DNA from: Octopus sinensis
Lineage: Eukaryota
Length of the DNA stretch: 64,000 bases
Assembly: GCF_006345805.1 (NCBI RefSeq)
Contig: NC_043013.1
Coordinates: forward strand, 55,552,001 to 55,616,000
Reading direction: 5' to 3'
Within the stretch, counting starts at the first letter, position 1; each line of letters opens with the position of its first letter. The notes beneath the pieces are model-generated. The model made no database searches. It saw only the letters and a list, made by a program, of their open reading frames with translations, and had not been told where the DNA came from. The position numbers were made by a program, and so were the translations under genes. Below are positions 1 to 13,645 of this stretch, piece after piece.

Positions 1-24
1 TAAGTAAGCAATAATTATTCTTTC

Positions 25-200
25 TTTTCAAAATTTTAGTATACAACGAGTAACTTTGAGGGGAGGGGGCAAGCTGATAACGCTGACCCCAGAACTTGAT
101 TGATATTTTATTTTATCGACTCCAAAAAGACGAAAGGCAACGTTGATCTTGGTAGGGTTTGAACTTAGCATGTAAAGAACTTGAAGAAATGTCACAAAAC
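25..200 (-). mobile_element. tRNA-derived SINE fragment (family B)
   Basis: Reverse complement resembles the family seen at 36691-36900, 48245-48430, 59461-59670 and 61795-61985 (GAGTTCAAAT B-box, TTGCCTTTCATCCTTT core); degenerate. Confidence 0.65.
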
Positions 201-218
201 ATTTTGTCTGATGCTGTG

Positions 219-268
219 TTAATAATAATAATAATAATGATAATAATAATAATAATAATAATAATAAT

Positions 269-314
<46 letters not shown>

Positions 315-329
315 GTAATAATAATAATT
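219..329. repeat. (AAT)n microsatellite
   Basis: Direct reading; explains poly-I/poly-Y ORFs 159..431 and 219..437. Confidence 0.97.
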
Positions 330-331
330 AT

Positions 332-460
332 CCTTTCTGCTATAGTAACAAGGTATGGAATTTTGGGGGCAGTTACTCATTTTATCAACCCCGAAAGGAT
401 GAGAGGCAAAGTGAACCTTGACAATATTTGAATTCAAAATGTAAAGACATATAAAATGTC
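332..460 (-). mobile_element. tRNA-derived SINE fragment (family B)
   Basis: ATCAACCCCGAAAGGATGAGAGGCAAAGTGAACC is the reverse complement of the family-B core. Confidence 0.7.
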
Positions 461-559
461 ATGGCATGCTACTGATTCTGTCAGCTTGCTGTCATATATT
501 ATTAATAATAATGTGAAAATGGTATGAAGGCCCGACATTTAAAGTAGATTGTATTCATA

Positions 560-1020
560 AAGTCTCAAGAGTTAGTTTGAAATCTACTATGATTGGTGCA
601 CTTGCAACCATCTCAAAGAACACAAACACCTGGCTTGAGAACTTGGAACTAGCAGACAGTATTGGAAGTAGATAAATGGCAGCCTCAATAGGAACCGTGC
701 ATGGGTTGAGGAAAATGTTATGTCTGTAAGAGGCAGATTGGAGTTGAGAACTGACACAGATAACCCAGAAGAACACCAAAACTAATAAGAATGGCAATAA
801 CAATGATGTCAATGGACACTGACAACAATAATGGCATTATCCTCAATGATGTGCCCATCTACACAGACAGAAGGATAAAAACTAACAAGCCCGACATTAT
901 TATCAAGGACAAGAAGGACAGGAGGCATTTACTTAACAGTGCTAAAAGAAACACCTCCTAAAAGTCACAGAGAAACTGACTAGTTAGAAGGATCTGGAGA
1001 TTAAAGTCAACATAACGAAG
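560..1020 (+). pseudogene. Two decayed fragments of an R4/Dong-like (restriction-like endonuclease) non-LTR retrotransposon
   Basis: + strand translations ...IGALATISKNTNTWLENL...GTVHGLRKMLCL* (REL C-terminus) and ...NDVPIYTDRRIKTNKPDIIIKDKK (PD-(D/E)xK motif region). Confidence 0.65.
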
Positions 1021-1327
1021 GGAATATAGTGACAACTGCAAAAAACATATTTTATATTGTTATGTATTTTGGGTATTTGTAAGATTCAATAAGTTAATCA
1101 CATATCTTGAGTACATTAGCAACAAATATAGCTATTAAGTCAGATATAAATATAGGTATTTATGTAACTTCAATGTTTATGCAAAATACGCATAAACAAA
1201 TTGCAAAACAAGCAAGGAATGGTTAACAGAAATTAATGTACACACTGTCAACTGAACAGAGAGGATGACAGAAGGATTAGGTGAGGAGGTTGGGTGTGTA
1301 AGTGTCTATGTGAGGGTATGTATGTAA

Positions 1328-1362
<35 letters not shown>

Positions 1363-1372
<10 letters not shown>

Positions 1373-1608
1373 TAAATTAGAGACAAAACCACTATTAGGC
1401 AAATCAAACAATGAAAGACTTAAGCCAATGCATAAATTAATTTATATTATTTAAATATGTAACAATTATTAAAAAATATAATTAATTAATTATATTTTTT
1501 AATAATTGTTACATATTTAAATAATATAAATTAATTTATGCATTGGCTTAAGTCTTTCATTGTTTGATTTGCCTAATAGTGGTTTTGTCTCTAATTTAAT
1601 ATAATATA
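1363..1608. repeat. Perfect 246-bp palindrome (123-bp arms, no spacer) abutting a (TA)n tract
   Basis: Arms checked base by base; axis between 1485 and 1486. Confidence 0.95.
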
Positions 1609-1681
1609 ATATTTTACTATAAAATTGGATTCAATCCTAAATCTGATTTTTACCTGTAAGTTTGGATTTATTCCCTAATAT

Positions 1682-2470
<789 letters not shown>

Positions 2471-2514
2471 CATGTTTTTTTTTTTGTTTTTTTTACTGCC
2501 TGGTGTATCTGCTA

Positions 2515-2551
<37 letters not shown>

Positions 2552-2613
2552 TGATGATGAGGATGATGATGATGATGAAAATAATAATAATTAAATAAAT
2601 AAACAATAAATTA

Positions 2614-2995
2614 ATGATGAAGAATTTGACAAACTCAGAAAATTGTTCATTGTTCATTGAAATTGTAAAAATGTGTCATCACATGGCAGTTGCAATACCA
2701 GTGATTGTAGGAGCACTTGGAATAATCAAAAATGGAACAGAAGGTTATTTGAGAAGGATTCATATTTTACCATCCATGCAGGAAGTGCGAAATATTGTCT
2801 TAAGTGGTATGTGGAGTGGGCTGAGAAGAGCATTGTCATTGTGAGAACGATTACAACCCATGTAAATATTTCCTTTTTTTATGAACACTCTGATGTGTTT
2901 ATTTTAATGACCTATCAATGTATACAGAGAATTGCTTTGCCCTAGCTGTTGGGAAGGCACTCAGCAAGAAATAGAAATGATATTGAATGAAGAAA
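2614..2995 (+). pseudogene. 3' end of an R4/Dong-like REL LINE flanked by (AAT)n/(GAT)n tracts
   Basis: ORF 2614..2844 IEIVKM...IPVIVGALGIIKNGTEGYL...LRRALSL matches the REL C-terminal pattern; putative 3'UTR runs into (AAT)n at ~3000-3090. Confidence 0.8.
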
Positions 2996-3035
2996 AAAAC
3001 TAATAATAATAATAATCATGATAATAATTATAATG

Positions 3036-3091
<56 letters not shown>

Positions 3092-4309
3092 TTGTGATTG
3101 TGTATGTTTCTGACTACTGATACAAACTAGTGCATAATCTGTCAAAAAAAAGTAACTTAGTTATTGGAAAGATAGAAACTGATAAATGAATTACTGGGCT
3201 GAAATAATCACCAGGACTGATGTGATAGCTAAAAGGAAAAAATAAATTAAAGATGTGCTCCAGTATGACCACAGTCCAAATGACTGCAGAAAGTAAAAGA
3301 ACATGCCAATAGAATAAATTCTATGAACTCTGCTGTTTTCTCATTCATGTCTGGCAAATTTTAACATTTACAGACAAGGTTAAAAAGTTTTTCTGTTTCT
3401 CAAATTCTGTTTTCAGAAAATAGTTCCAGGGTAAATGAAATAAAATGTTTACATTTTAATAAAAAATACTGTTGACAACTTTCATTATAAATTCAATAAT
3501 TATTTTTCATGACCAATAAATTATCTTAGTTGTTCATGTTGTTTAACCCTAGGCGAGTTCTGATCCAGCAGACCTATAACCACAGGTTTTCTATCTGTTG
3601 CTATTGTGTTTTCTTCAGGTATAGTATATCTAGGACTACACTATGCAATGCTTATCTCTCTTTCTTACTTTCTTTAAGGAGGTAGAATAGGACCTGAAGG
3701 ATATTTGACTATTATTTTTTGTAAATCAAGTGAATGTGTAAATGCAAGACTCTCTTATTGGCTCATACTTTACATCATCTTCACCAGCTGTCATCATTTA
3801 CGTCTACTTTCCATGCTGGCATGGGTTGAATGGGCATCACAAGTGGAAGTTAGTACGCGTTTAAGCATACTGGACATCAAGATGGATAGAAGAGCTACAT
3901 CGTGCTCGTGGTTTGTTCTTGCAACCAATTTATAAAGTGTACTGGGTACTTTAATCATGGCACCAGCACTAGAAAGGCAACCATTTTCTCAACAGGTCTA
4001 AAGGGTCCTCATAACCTCACATCTCTGTTCACCTCTAGGCAGAATGAAAGCAAAGATGAAAGATTTAACAATCATAGTATATGATTGATATAGAGATATC
4101 CAGAATTCTGCAATAGATACGTGTTGTGGGTGACAAAATTCTGTCACCTTGTATAATGGTACAACCTCAAAACTGGCTGCTTTTAGTAAAGTCTTCCATT
4201 CTGTTGAAAACAATCAGGACTCAACTCTGGTCTGGGGTTAACTTTTAGAGGTCAGAGCACTGTTCTCCTCTCATTTTTATGAAAAAGTATATGAAAAATA
4301 GTTTTGAAA

Positions 4310-4319
4310 TAATAATAAC

Positions 4320-4351
<32 letters not shown>

Positions 4352-4430
4352 GAAGAAGAAGAAGAAGAAGAAGAAGAAGAAGGAGGAGGAGGAGGAGGAG
4401 GGAAGGAAACAACAACAACAGCAACAATAA
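4310..4430. repeat. Compound microsatellite (AAT)n(GAA)n(GGA)n(CAA)n
   Basis: Direct reading. Confidence 0.95.
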
Positions 4431-5127
4431 TGTGTTATAAAGTTCTGCTGAATAGAGTACTTGACATGATGTGTGCTTGGTGTGTTTCGTATTATGATTG
4501 AAATCCTTAGTTTAATTCTGAATTTTGCATCTTTTACGTAATCTATAAAGTAAACAACACTTCAAAGAGAAACAGTAAAAGTGATAAATGGAATAAATAG
4601 CACAAAAGGTAAAGAGACACACAGATTAAACAAACGAGGATTTATTAAATATTATACAGTAACATGAAAACAAATGTAAAATAATTGTAAAATATCACAG
4701 ACAAACACGGTGGTGTCATAATCAAAGAATAGAATGGTTATTGACTGTAGCAGCTTGTCTTTGTGTGTTTGTCTGTGTTTGCTGATTTTCAATGCACACT
4801 GTGATACAGATTGATTCATGGTATCACAGATATTAGCAGCAAAATCCCTTCACAAATTAAACTCTCTCTGAATTGCATATAAATAAATATAGAGTTATCA
4901 TATCTATGTGTATTTAGTTATGCTGTGGACTAAATGTTATGATTACATTGATATAAAACCACAACTGGATAATTCCTGGCCAAACTAGCTAATCTCATAG
5001 TTACATAATAGAATCCTGCAGATACCAGCAGAAATTATGGAAATGTATATTAAGAAAATTGAATGATAACAACATAATAGTAATAGTGATATTAAGAATA
5101 AGATTAAGAATTTAAAATAAAAATAAA

Positions 5128-5129
<2 letters not shown>

Positions 5130-5168
<39 letters not shown>

Positions 5169-5183
5169 TAATGTGTGTGTGTA

Positions 5184-5220
<37 letters not shown>

Positions 5221-5352
5221 GTATATATGTATATATATATATATATATATATACATACATACATATACATACATGTATATATATAAATACATATACATAC
5301 ATACGTATGCACACATGTATATACACATACATACATATATGTGTGTGTGTGT
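5130..5352. repeat. Compound (AAT)n/(TG)n/(TA)n/(TACA)n microsatellite
   Basis: Direct reading. Confidence 0.95.
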
Positions 5353-5924
5353 ATGGTGATATTGAAATAAAACCACCAAAGGAAGGAGGTTAAGATGACA
5401 GTATTAATGAATATAGTTTTTGAAAGAGACTTAGTTTTTTTTTTATTTTATGTACTCTAGAAAGGATTGTTAATAAATTCAAAAATATTCACAGAGCCTA
5501 GTAGTTATTCTTAGAAGAAAATAAATCCATTTTTGTAATTTTACAGGAGGATTTATAGTAAAGAAATCTATAATTTCCAACTTAGGGCAGATGTATTTTT
5601 ATTGTTAGAATTGATTTTATTTGTTTAGGCACAAAATCAATATTTGGAAGGAAGGATGTATGGTTGATTAAACTAGCAGAAATATCAGGTAGGTTAAGAG
5701 AACGGTGGCATGTCTTCACATCAGCTTAAATCTTCACAGCTAAGGATTTAAAATAAATATCTGTACATTTATCAACATTATACATGTTTCAGATATTCTG
5801 CATTACACTGTTTTACATAATAAGTCATTTTTTTTAGTTTTACATCCAATGAATAAGTAAATATATGTTATTTTAAGTACTAAGCACTTTTCCTTCCATT
5901 TGGGCCACCAAACGTATATATATA

Positions 5925-6075
5925 TAGGGAGAATTCACAAAAAAACAAAAGATGAAGGCAGGTGGTGTAGACAACAAACAGATGTATTAGTATAATGCTC
6001 GGGAAGTGAAAAAGTATTTAACATTTCTAGCCTACGCTCTTCCACAGAAAGGAACACAGAAACAAGGAGAGAAAA
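5925..6075 (-). mobile_element. Penelope-like terminal-repeat fragment with degenerate hammerhead motif
   Basis: Homologous to 40978-41110; minus strand CTGTGGA-A-GAGC GTAG GCTA-GAAA. Confidence 0.55.
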
Positions 6076-6965
6076 TAAAGAATGTGTAGTGGCTAGCAAT
6101 CTATCATGGTGAATGCCAGACAGAAGGGTCACACAAGAGAGCTAGGGAGAAGGGGAGATAATAAAGTAGTGGTGACTCCAAAACGAAGGTGCACATGCAT
6201 GTGTATAAGAGAGTTTGTATGTGCATGTGGAAGAGGGCTGGTGATCTTGACATGTGCATATATATATATATATATATATAATTTCAACAATTGAGGGTAA
6301 AATTAATTAATTAATCAATTTCACCAAGTATTCAGTATGCAAAGGGACCATTTAAGGCGAATTCAAATTATTACATTATATAAAATATAAATTTATTTTA
6401 CTAAGTAATTTATTTTACTAAGCCCTTTTATATAATGTAATTTTTTATATAATGTAATAATTTGAATTCATATATATTATTCATATATATATATATTATT
6501 CAGTTAGCTTTTTGCTAATGAAATCATTATATGAGAACATTTTTTATTGAAACAAGTGTACAAATGGAGATTTTGAAGTTTCAGTAATTTGTTCTGTTAT
6601 TCTTTCATGTGCTTTTTTTTTGTTTTGTCCCAATGTTTCAGCCTACTTCCAAATATAAATACCTCATCATACTTGGTTAAGTATGCAGTTTTGGAGTATT
6701 GGAATACTGGAGTTTAACCTAGCATAAATATGCTCAAATATACTGGTAATAGGTTGTGCACTTGAAGTACATTGTGTGTGTGTGTGTGTGTGTGTGTGTA
6801 CATGTAAGTGTGCATGTGTGTCTGATATTGATAAATATGTGTGAAAGATAGACACAGCTGAGAGAAACCTAAAAAATTGTTGATATGTCACAGTTTCTGT
6901 TAGAAATACTCCAGTCACTTATTGGCCTCTTAGAAACATAGAACCAGTTACGTTATTGAAATGTT

Positions 6966-6968
<3 letters not shown>

Positions 6969-7000
<32 letters not shown>

Positions 7001-7085
7001 GTTTAGCGTCCGCTTTCCATGCTAGCATGGGTTGGACATCATCATCATCGTTTAGCGTCCACTTTCCATGCTTTCCATGCATCTA
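6969..7085 (-). repeat. Tandemly reiterated RTE-type 3' tail with (GAT)n end
   Basis: CATCATCGTTTAGCGTCC(G/A)CTTTCCATGCT occurs twice; same tail at 10060, 54390, 59126. Confidence 0.75.
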
Positions 7086-8799
7086 CTTTCCATAAATAAA
7101 TAAATCTATAAATAAATAGCACTGAAGGATGGTAGAATCAGCTGAGCATTAGCCAAAATAACTGGTTGTATCCAGTTATAATCATTTAAATTTCTGAGTT
7201 CAAATCCCACATTTGATATTTCCTTTTATTTTTCTGGGGTTGATAAAAATCAACAATTTCATAAATAATATATGTAGCTTTAGAGCTGAGTTAGAATTCA
7301 GTATTTCCTTGTATTAAAGGTTCTTGCTACTTTAGCATTCAACACTTGGATATTTTCGGATAATTTTTTAGAATTTATTAATCAATTACAAACCTTTTTC
7401 ACTTCTTTAAATTCAGCAGACATCTTGGAAACTATTCACATAACTTTTAGTATTAATTGCCTCTCCATGCATATTTGATGGGGAAAATCACCAACTATAA
7501 AAAATATTCATGAAATAAATAAAACCCACATATTTATATACTTTCAGTATCTCAGATTCTTAAGGATTTGCAAAGAACCTGAAATTTGATTATTCCAACT
7601 AATCTTAGTATGTCTTGTGTGATAGCATCAGATTTGTCGAGAATTTACACCTCAACTTTTTAAAATGCATCTCTTAAAATATTAATAGTTTATGAGATGA
7701 TCCCAAAAGAAATATCTGCAGTTTATTGCTTTAAACACATCGTTTCATTGTCAGCACCTTCCATTTTGGTATTTATGATGAAAGTAACATGGACAAGTAA
7801 AGATCTCATCACAAATTTAAGCCATTAGATCTTGTCGTAAGTTAAAAATTTTACTATTAAACTCTGAAAATATATTTAAATTTCTTTTATTAATTTCATG
7901 TTCTAAGATTGGAAAATGCTCTTAAATAATCTAAAATTTTAAGAGACTGACACATCAAAAATATTGATTAAACTTTGAAAAATAAATCCCATCACTCAAG
8001 TTATAAGTAGTATTCCAGTTGAATCCCAGCAAAGTATAGCTAGCATCGATAGATACAGGGAAAAAATATATTAAAAAAAAACCCTTACATACATGAAATG
8101 GCAATTGATTTCTGCATTCACTAAAAGAAAATAGCCACTAAGATTAGTCAATACACAAATACATAGGTATACACACATACGTACATATATATGCGTGTGT
8201 GTGTATGTGTATAAACATTATCAAATATATAAACACACATCATCTTTCAAAGAATTGCCTTTAACAGTTGACGTGTTAGTCATTCATTATATCTTACGCA
8301 TAAATGCTGCATCATATAGGTAAACACCTAAAGCACTTAGAAGATCTTAAAAGCTCAGAAATAAATAGAGAATAATTTGGATACTAAAGCACATCACATT
8401 AATATAGAGAATGTGAGAGAAAAAATTATACTGCTGCTGAGGTAAGCAGCTGTACTTTAGTGCATTTCTCAGTCGGATCGATATCTGAAGCCTACAGACA
8501 TCACTTAGAAATAAGTTTCGTTTACTATACAAGCAAATAAATCCTTATATCATCATCATCACCATCGTTCTGGTCGTCATCCTCATCATCCTCCTTTTTG
8601 TCATTGCTGTCATCATCGTCATTGCCAACATCTCTTTCATCGTCACTGATATCATCATTGCCATCATCATAATTTTTGTGCTTGCTTTCCCATACTTCTG
8701 TCAGTTGGATAAGTTCTCTCTGGTAGAACCTCTTGCCATTTATTGCAGCAGCTGTTGTCATTTCATTCATGAAGTCCAACAGTTGTAACTCATTCTATG

Positions 8800-9410
8800 C
8801 TTCCTCTATCCATGTCTATCTCAGTCTTTCTCTTCCATAGGATCCTTCCACCTGTATCACTTGGCATTTCTCCATCCCATTGCCATCTTCCATGAGCATC
8901 ATGTCCATGTCAGCCCTGCCATCTTCTCCCTAACATGCCGCATCTTATTCCTTTCACACATCGATTTCTCTCAGCTCCTTTGTGCTCTGCTGTTTATACA
9001 CACTAATATTACACGTTCAGCAATGAATACTCATTTCTTTTCTTCTCAGCTTCTGCACAGCCTCTGCAATCAGTGTCTATGTCACACTATCATGCAACAT
9101 TGCATTTTATATGCAAGTATGTTACACTCTGCCCTTTTTTCAAAGAGCAAAGCCCTTTGTTGGTAGTTGAAGAAATAATTCCTTGAATATTTTCCACCTT
9201 GGCTGCTATACATCTGGAACATCCACCTCTACAATGAATTAGGTTACCTTGTTTACAGAAATAATCAAATATTTCTATTGAGCCTGAAAAACATTATTTC
9301 ACAGATTCCTTTACTGCAAACATTTGCACATCTACTTTATGCAAAATCATTCTTTTGTCTGAATTTCCTGTACTCCCAGAACACCAGTTGCTACACCATT
9401 TGGTACACAA
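8800..9410 (-). pseudogene. Decayed RTE-clade LINE fragment (RT C-terminal region)
   Basis: Minus-strand YFCKQGNLIHCRGGCSRC...FKELFLQLPTKG and VIQVEGSYGRERLR*TWIE resemble RTE FCYLGD..SGGGC and VEG..GRGRPRKTW motifs. Confidence 0.6.
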
Positions 9411-9419
9411 TCAAGAATT

Positions 9420-9950
9420 CCTACCTAATTTTTTCCTAGGTAATCCAAATATGACCACCTTTCAGATAACAGTAGAATTCTGTCTTCTTTCTTGTAACTG
9501 TAATTTTGTCTGCTATGCTTATGTTGAGACCTTTGGATTTGGTTGAGAGTGTGTTGTGGTGTGTAGTGTTTGAGGTTGCCCCTGTGTTTTATGATGTTGG
9601 CTATTTCTGGTGTGTAATTAAAGAAATTTTTTTTTGCTTTTTTTATATTAAATAAAAAAAACATTGGTGTTTATTCTTTTCTATGTTGCCTTGTAAAATA
9701 TATGATTAGGATGCATCTCTCTTTAGTTTATTTGCTGTATGTGCCTCATTAGCATACTGAATTCAGAAAGTGTTCTTACATTCTTCATTGTGTGTTGGAT
9801 ACGTTGGGAAATGTTTGCTAGGTGATTTAGTTTGGAAAAGGGTTCTTCTGGATGGTTTGGTGAAGTATTTGGATGTGTTATTTTGGATTGTTTAACATGT
9901 AAAGGGAGTTTAATTGTGGTGCTATTGTTACTGGTTCCACTTAGAAAGAT
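9420..9950 (-). pseudogene. Possible decayed Penelope-like ORF fragment
   Basis: NYTPEIANIIKH resembles the SYSCMPNIANII segment preceding the GIY-YIG zinc finger; heavily degenerate. Confidence 0.3.
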
Positions 9951-10059
9951 CAAGGTGTGGAATGCTTTGAAGTCTCATCCAATTATGGCTAACTGTTCTA
10001 GTTGAAGTGTACAACTTTGTGGAATGGTTGCTGAGGTTGATGATAGTATATCTACCTAC

Positions 10060-10900
10060 ATCGTCATTGTTTAACGTTTGTTCTCCATGCTAGCATGGGT
10101 TGGACGGTTCGACCGGGATCTGGGAAGCCAGGAGGCTGCACCAGGCTCCAGTCTTATCTGGCAGTGTTTCTACAGCTGGATGCCCTTCCTAATGCCAACC
10201 ACTCCGCGAGTGTAGTGGGTGCTTTTTACGTGCCACCGGCACAGGTGCCAGGTGAGGCTGGCAATGGCCATGATCGGTTTGGTGCTTTTTACGTGCCACT
10301 GGCACAGAAGCCAGTCAAGGCAGCGCTGGCATCAGCAACGTTTGGATGGTGCTTTTTTATGTGCCACCGGCATGGAAGCCAGTTGAGGAAGCACTGACAT
10401 TGGCCATGTTCAGATGGTGCTTTTTACGTGCCACCGGCACAGGGATCACAGCTACAATTTCCATTGATTTTTTGATGTTGATGTACTTGACTCAATAGGT
10501 CTCCTCAAGCACAGGGTCGAAACGGTGTTTCTTTACTTGCCACCTGCACAGGAGTCAGTCCAGCAGCACTGGCAACTGCCGGGTGCCAGTCGTAGGATTG
10601 GTTCAATTTCAATTCCGATTTTGATTTCACTTGCCCCAACAGGTCTTCACAAGCAGAGTTTAGTGTCCAATGAATGGAGGTTGGCATGGGTGCCAGTCGT
10701 CGGATAAGGTTCGATTTCGAATTCAATTTTGACTTCACTTGCCTCAACAGATCTTCGCATGTCCAAGGAAGGAAAGGCATGCATAAGTGGGCTGGCTACA
10801 TCCCTGGCAAAGGACACGGGATGGACTCTCATACTTCCAAAGGTCTCGGTCACTAGTCATTGCCTCGGTGAGGCCTAATGTTCGAAGGTCGTGCTTCACC
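10060..10900 (-). mobile_element. RTE LINE 3' end with long 3'UTR containing internal tandem repeats
   Basis: Minus-strand VKHDLRTLGLTEAMTSDRDLWKY near 10840-10905; GCTGGATGCCCTTCCTAA motif; ends in CCAACCCATGCTAGCATGG...GTTAAAC + GATG tail. Confidence 0.8.
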
Positions 10901-11228
10901 AACTCGTTCCACCACCTTCACCACCTCGTCCCCCTACATAACTCTATGTCAGTCTGTCTATCAATTCATCCATCTAGCTGATCTGTTGATATATATATAT
11001 ATACTCTCATTCACCACTGAAATGAGCTGCTTTGACCAGCCAAAGGTATGCATGCAAATAATGTAAATGCTATTTGCTGATGTTCAAATACACACACATA
11101 CACACACACATTGTGCTTTATGCAGCTAGTTTTGCTATTTTTTTATTTTGAAAGCCTGTTTTCTGGTATAATGTCATTTCTTATTAGTTTATAAATATCA
11201 ATTGCAAAAGCTCTAGACTTTTTGAAGT

Positions 11229-11281
<53 letters not shown>

Positions 11282-11299
11282 ACAGTTTGATAGATAGAT

Positions 11300-11332
<33 letters not shown>

Positions 11333-12189
11333 AACGTAGTCAGACAGCCTCCATTGTGAAGGGATGTGTCTAGTCTGATTTAGATAAAATTTATAATGCT
11401 GAGAGTAATGTGTTCAGGTAGTAAGAATTTTTTTGAAATTATTTGCAACATGAATGTCATGTGTGATTATAAAATATTTTAGTTCAAAAAGGATGTTTTT
11501 AATATCGTTAATGTATTACAGAATTTTTAGATTTTTCTTTCTTTGCATCATGTGTACAAAGTCTGTTTTTGTTTGTGAAGCATTTATTTTGAAATAGATA
11601 CTGTATGACCCTGTAATACCGAGGCAGTATGTAACAACAGTATATCTTGTCTGCATCACTGCTGCTGTTGGTGTCATTTTCCCCTGTAAAGTTGTGTATT
11701 TTTGTATATTTAATTATTTTTATATAAAGGTGTTTGTGTAAATATTCTATAGACTTCAAATGATACATTTGTGTGAAGTTTTTGAGTCTGCTTCATAAAG
11801 AATTGCAGCATCTACAGCTCTTTGATGAAATTTGCATTTACAAAGTGAAGGATTTCAACATTTCAAGAATTTATCAGTCAGTCACTTTCACCATTCTCTC
11901 ATTTCTGGTATATTGTATCCAATATTATATTATTCTCTGTATTTGGCAAGTTTTAAGGTAGTAGAGGAGTGTCTGAAGAAAATAGCTGCAATTTCTTGAG
12001 GGTTCAGCAACCACAAAGAAGTTTTCTATCTACCTTGACTGGGGATCTGGAGATTTTTTATGGTGTGGAGAACTGAAATTTGACTGGAATACAATATTTG
12101 CAGCCTCACTGGACTTGTGCATTCCAGTGTAAAGTTTGGGTTAGCGATGTTATTGATGAGAATTTTATTAATTAATTAGTGTTTTTTCT

Positions 12190-12395
12190 GTTATCTTTCA
12201 CTTGTTTCAGTCATTAGACTGTGGCCATGCTGGGGCACCATGCTGTGGCAGCTTCAAGAGTTTTTAGTTGAGTAAATTGACCCCAGGAATTGTTTCTTTA
12301 AATCCTGGTACTTATTGTATCAGTCTCTTTTACTGAACTTCTAAATTACTGAGACATAAACACACCAACACTGTCTGTCAAGTGGTTGTGAGGGA
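12190..12395 (-). mobile_element. tRNA-derived SINE 3' half (family A)
   Basis: Reverse complement of GGTGCCCCAGCATGGCCACAGTCTAATGACTGAAACAAGT tail. Confidence 0.85.
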
Positions 12396-13521
12396 TGAGT
12401 CCTCGAATTCTTTAGCATCTCATTTGACAAAGTGTCAGGAGAAACTAGAAAGATAACATGGCTATTTGACTTCCTAATCTGAATCTCATTTGAGGCAATG
12501 CAGTGATTGTCTTAGGTTGTTCCTACTGTTAAAGAAAATAAGCAAAATAATTCCACAGATAAAATAGAGTAAAAACAGATTTTATTCTTAATTATTATAT
12601 TAACAATGAAGGTAAAGTGATTAGAGAGTTGGAGTAAATCACAGCTCATTGTATTTACAGCATTAAAAGACAGCCATATTCCAACAAAGAATTTGGTTTT
12701 TATTTATGTCCAACAATATTGATATCTGAGGATTATAGTTTAACCTCATTTCACAGAAATCTGCATTTTTATTCAGGAATCTACAAACATTACATAATTA
12801 CCAGACTGTAGCTATGGTATTCTTCTTATGACATATGTAAGTTAATATGACTTCATTTCACTTAATCAGACAGTATCTGTAGATGTTCATGTCAATCTAT
12901 CTTTAAAAGAAAGTTTTTGTGTAAGAAAATTGGTGAAGCCAGGAAGTATGAGTGAGCATTCATTACACCACTGCCTCTCTTTATTAGTTTACAACTGAAG
13001 ATAGATTTCTGTGGCACATTCTATTACAGTAGAATGTCACATGTTGTGATGCTGATAAACATCAATAGGAGTAAAATATAAATAACTAGATACACATAGA
13101 TATACAATCATTGATTTATTTAAAGCAAAAGAGAAAGCTGTAGGACATGTTAATCAGTAGGACTGGGGCCAATACACACTAGAAGAAAAAAACCATTTAA
13201 ATGAAAGAAGGAAGAACAAATATCTATACATAATGACAACATAGCTAGCAGAAACTAATTGATCAGAGCAGATAATAACATTTCCATGTGAGAATTTGAA
13301 ATAATGGCTTTTCGCAATCTTGTCTTGAAATGAAAATGTTTACTCTCATGTTTCTTTTGAGGAAATAAGATGGCATTATTAGATAAGAAAGCATAAGTAA
13401 TTTACCTGTATATCAATTTATGAACATTTAAGATGTATGCTTGTAAATTAACATTGAATTAGTAAAACAATTCATTTCATGCAGTACAGAGAAGGAGAAT
13501 ATCAATATCAATGTGAATGCA

Positions 13522-13554
<33 letters not shown>

Positions 13555-13558
<4 letters not shown>

Positions 13559-13608
13559 AGAAACTGCATGAAGCCTGAAGTGTATGTATATATATAAATT
13601 TGTGTATT

Positions 13609-13645
<37 letters not shown>

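Noticed and set aside
8525-8779. Acidic Asp-rich ORF
   Set aside because: Decayed (GAT)n microsatellite with no recognisable domain
10218-10440. CRISPR-like array (24-bp repeat with ~40-bp spacers)
   Set aside because: The spacers are homologous to each other, the array lies in an RTE 3'UTR of a eukaryotic genome and there are no cas genes; it is a minisatellite
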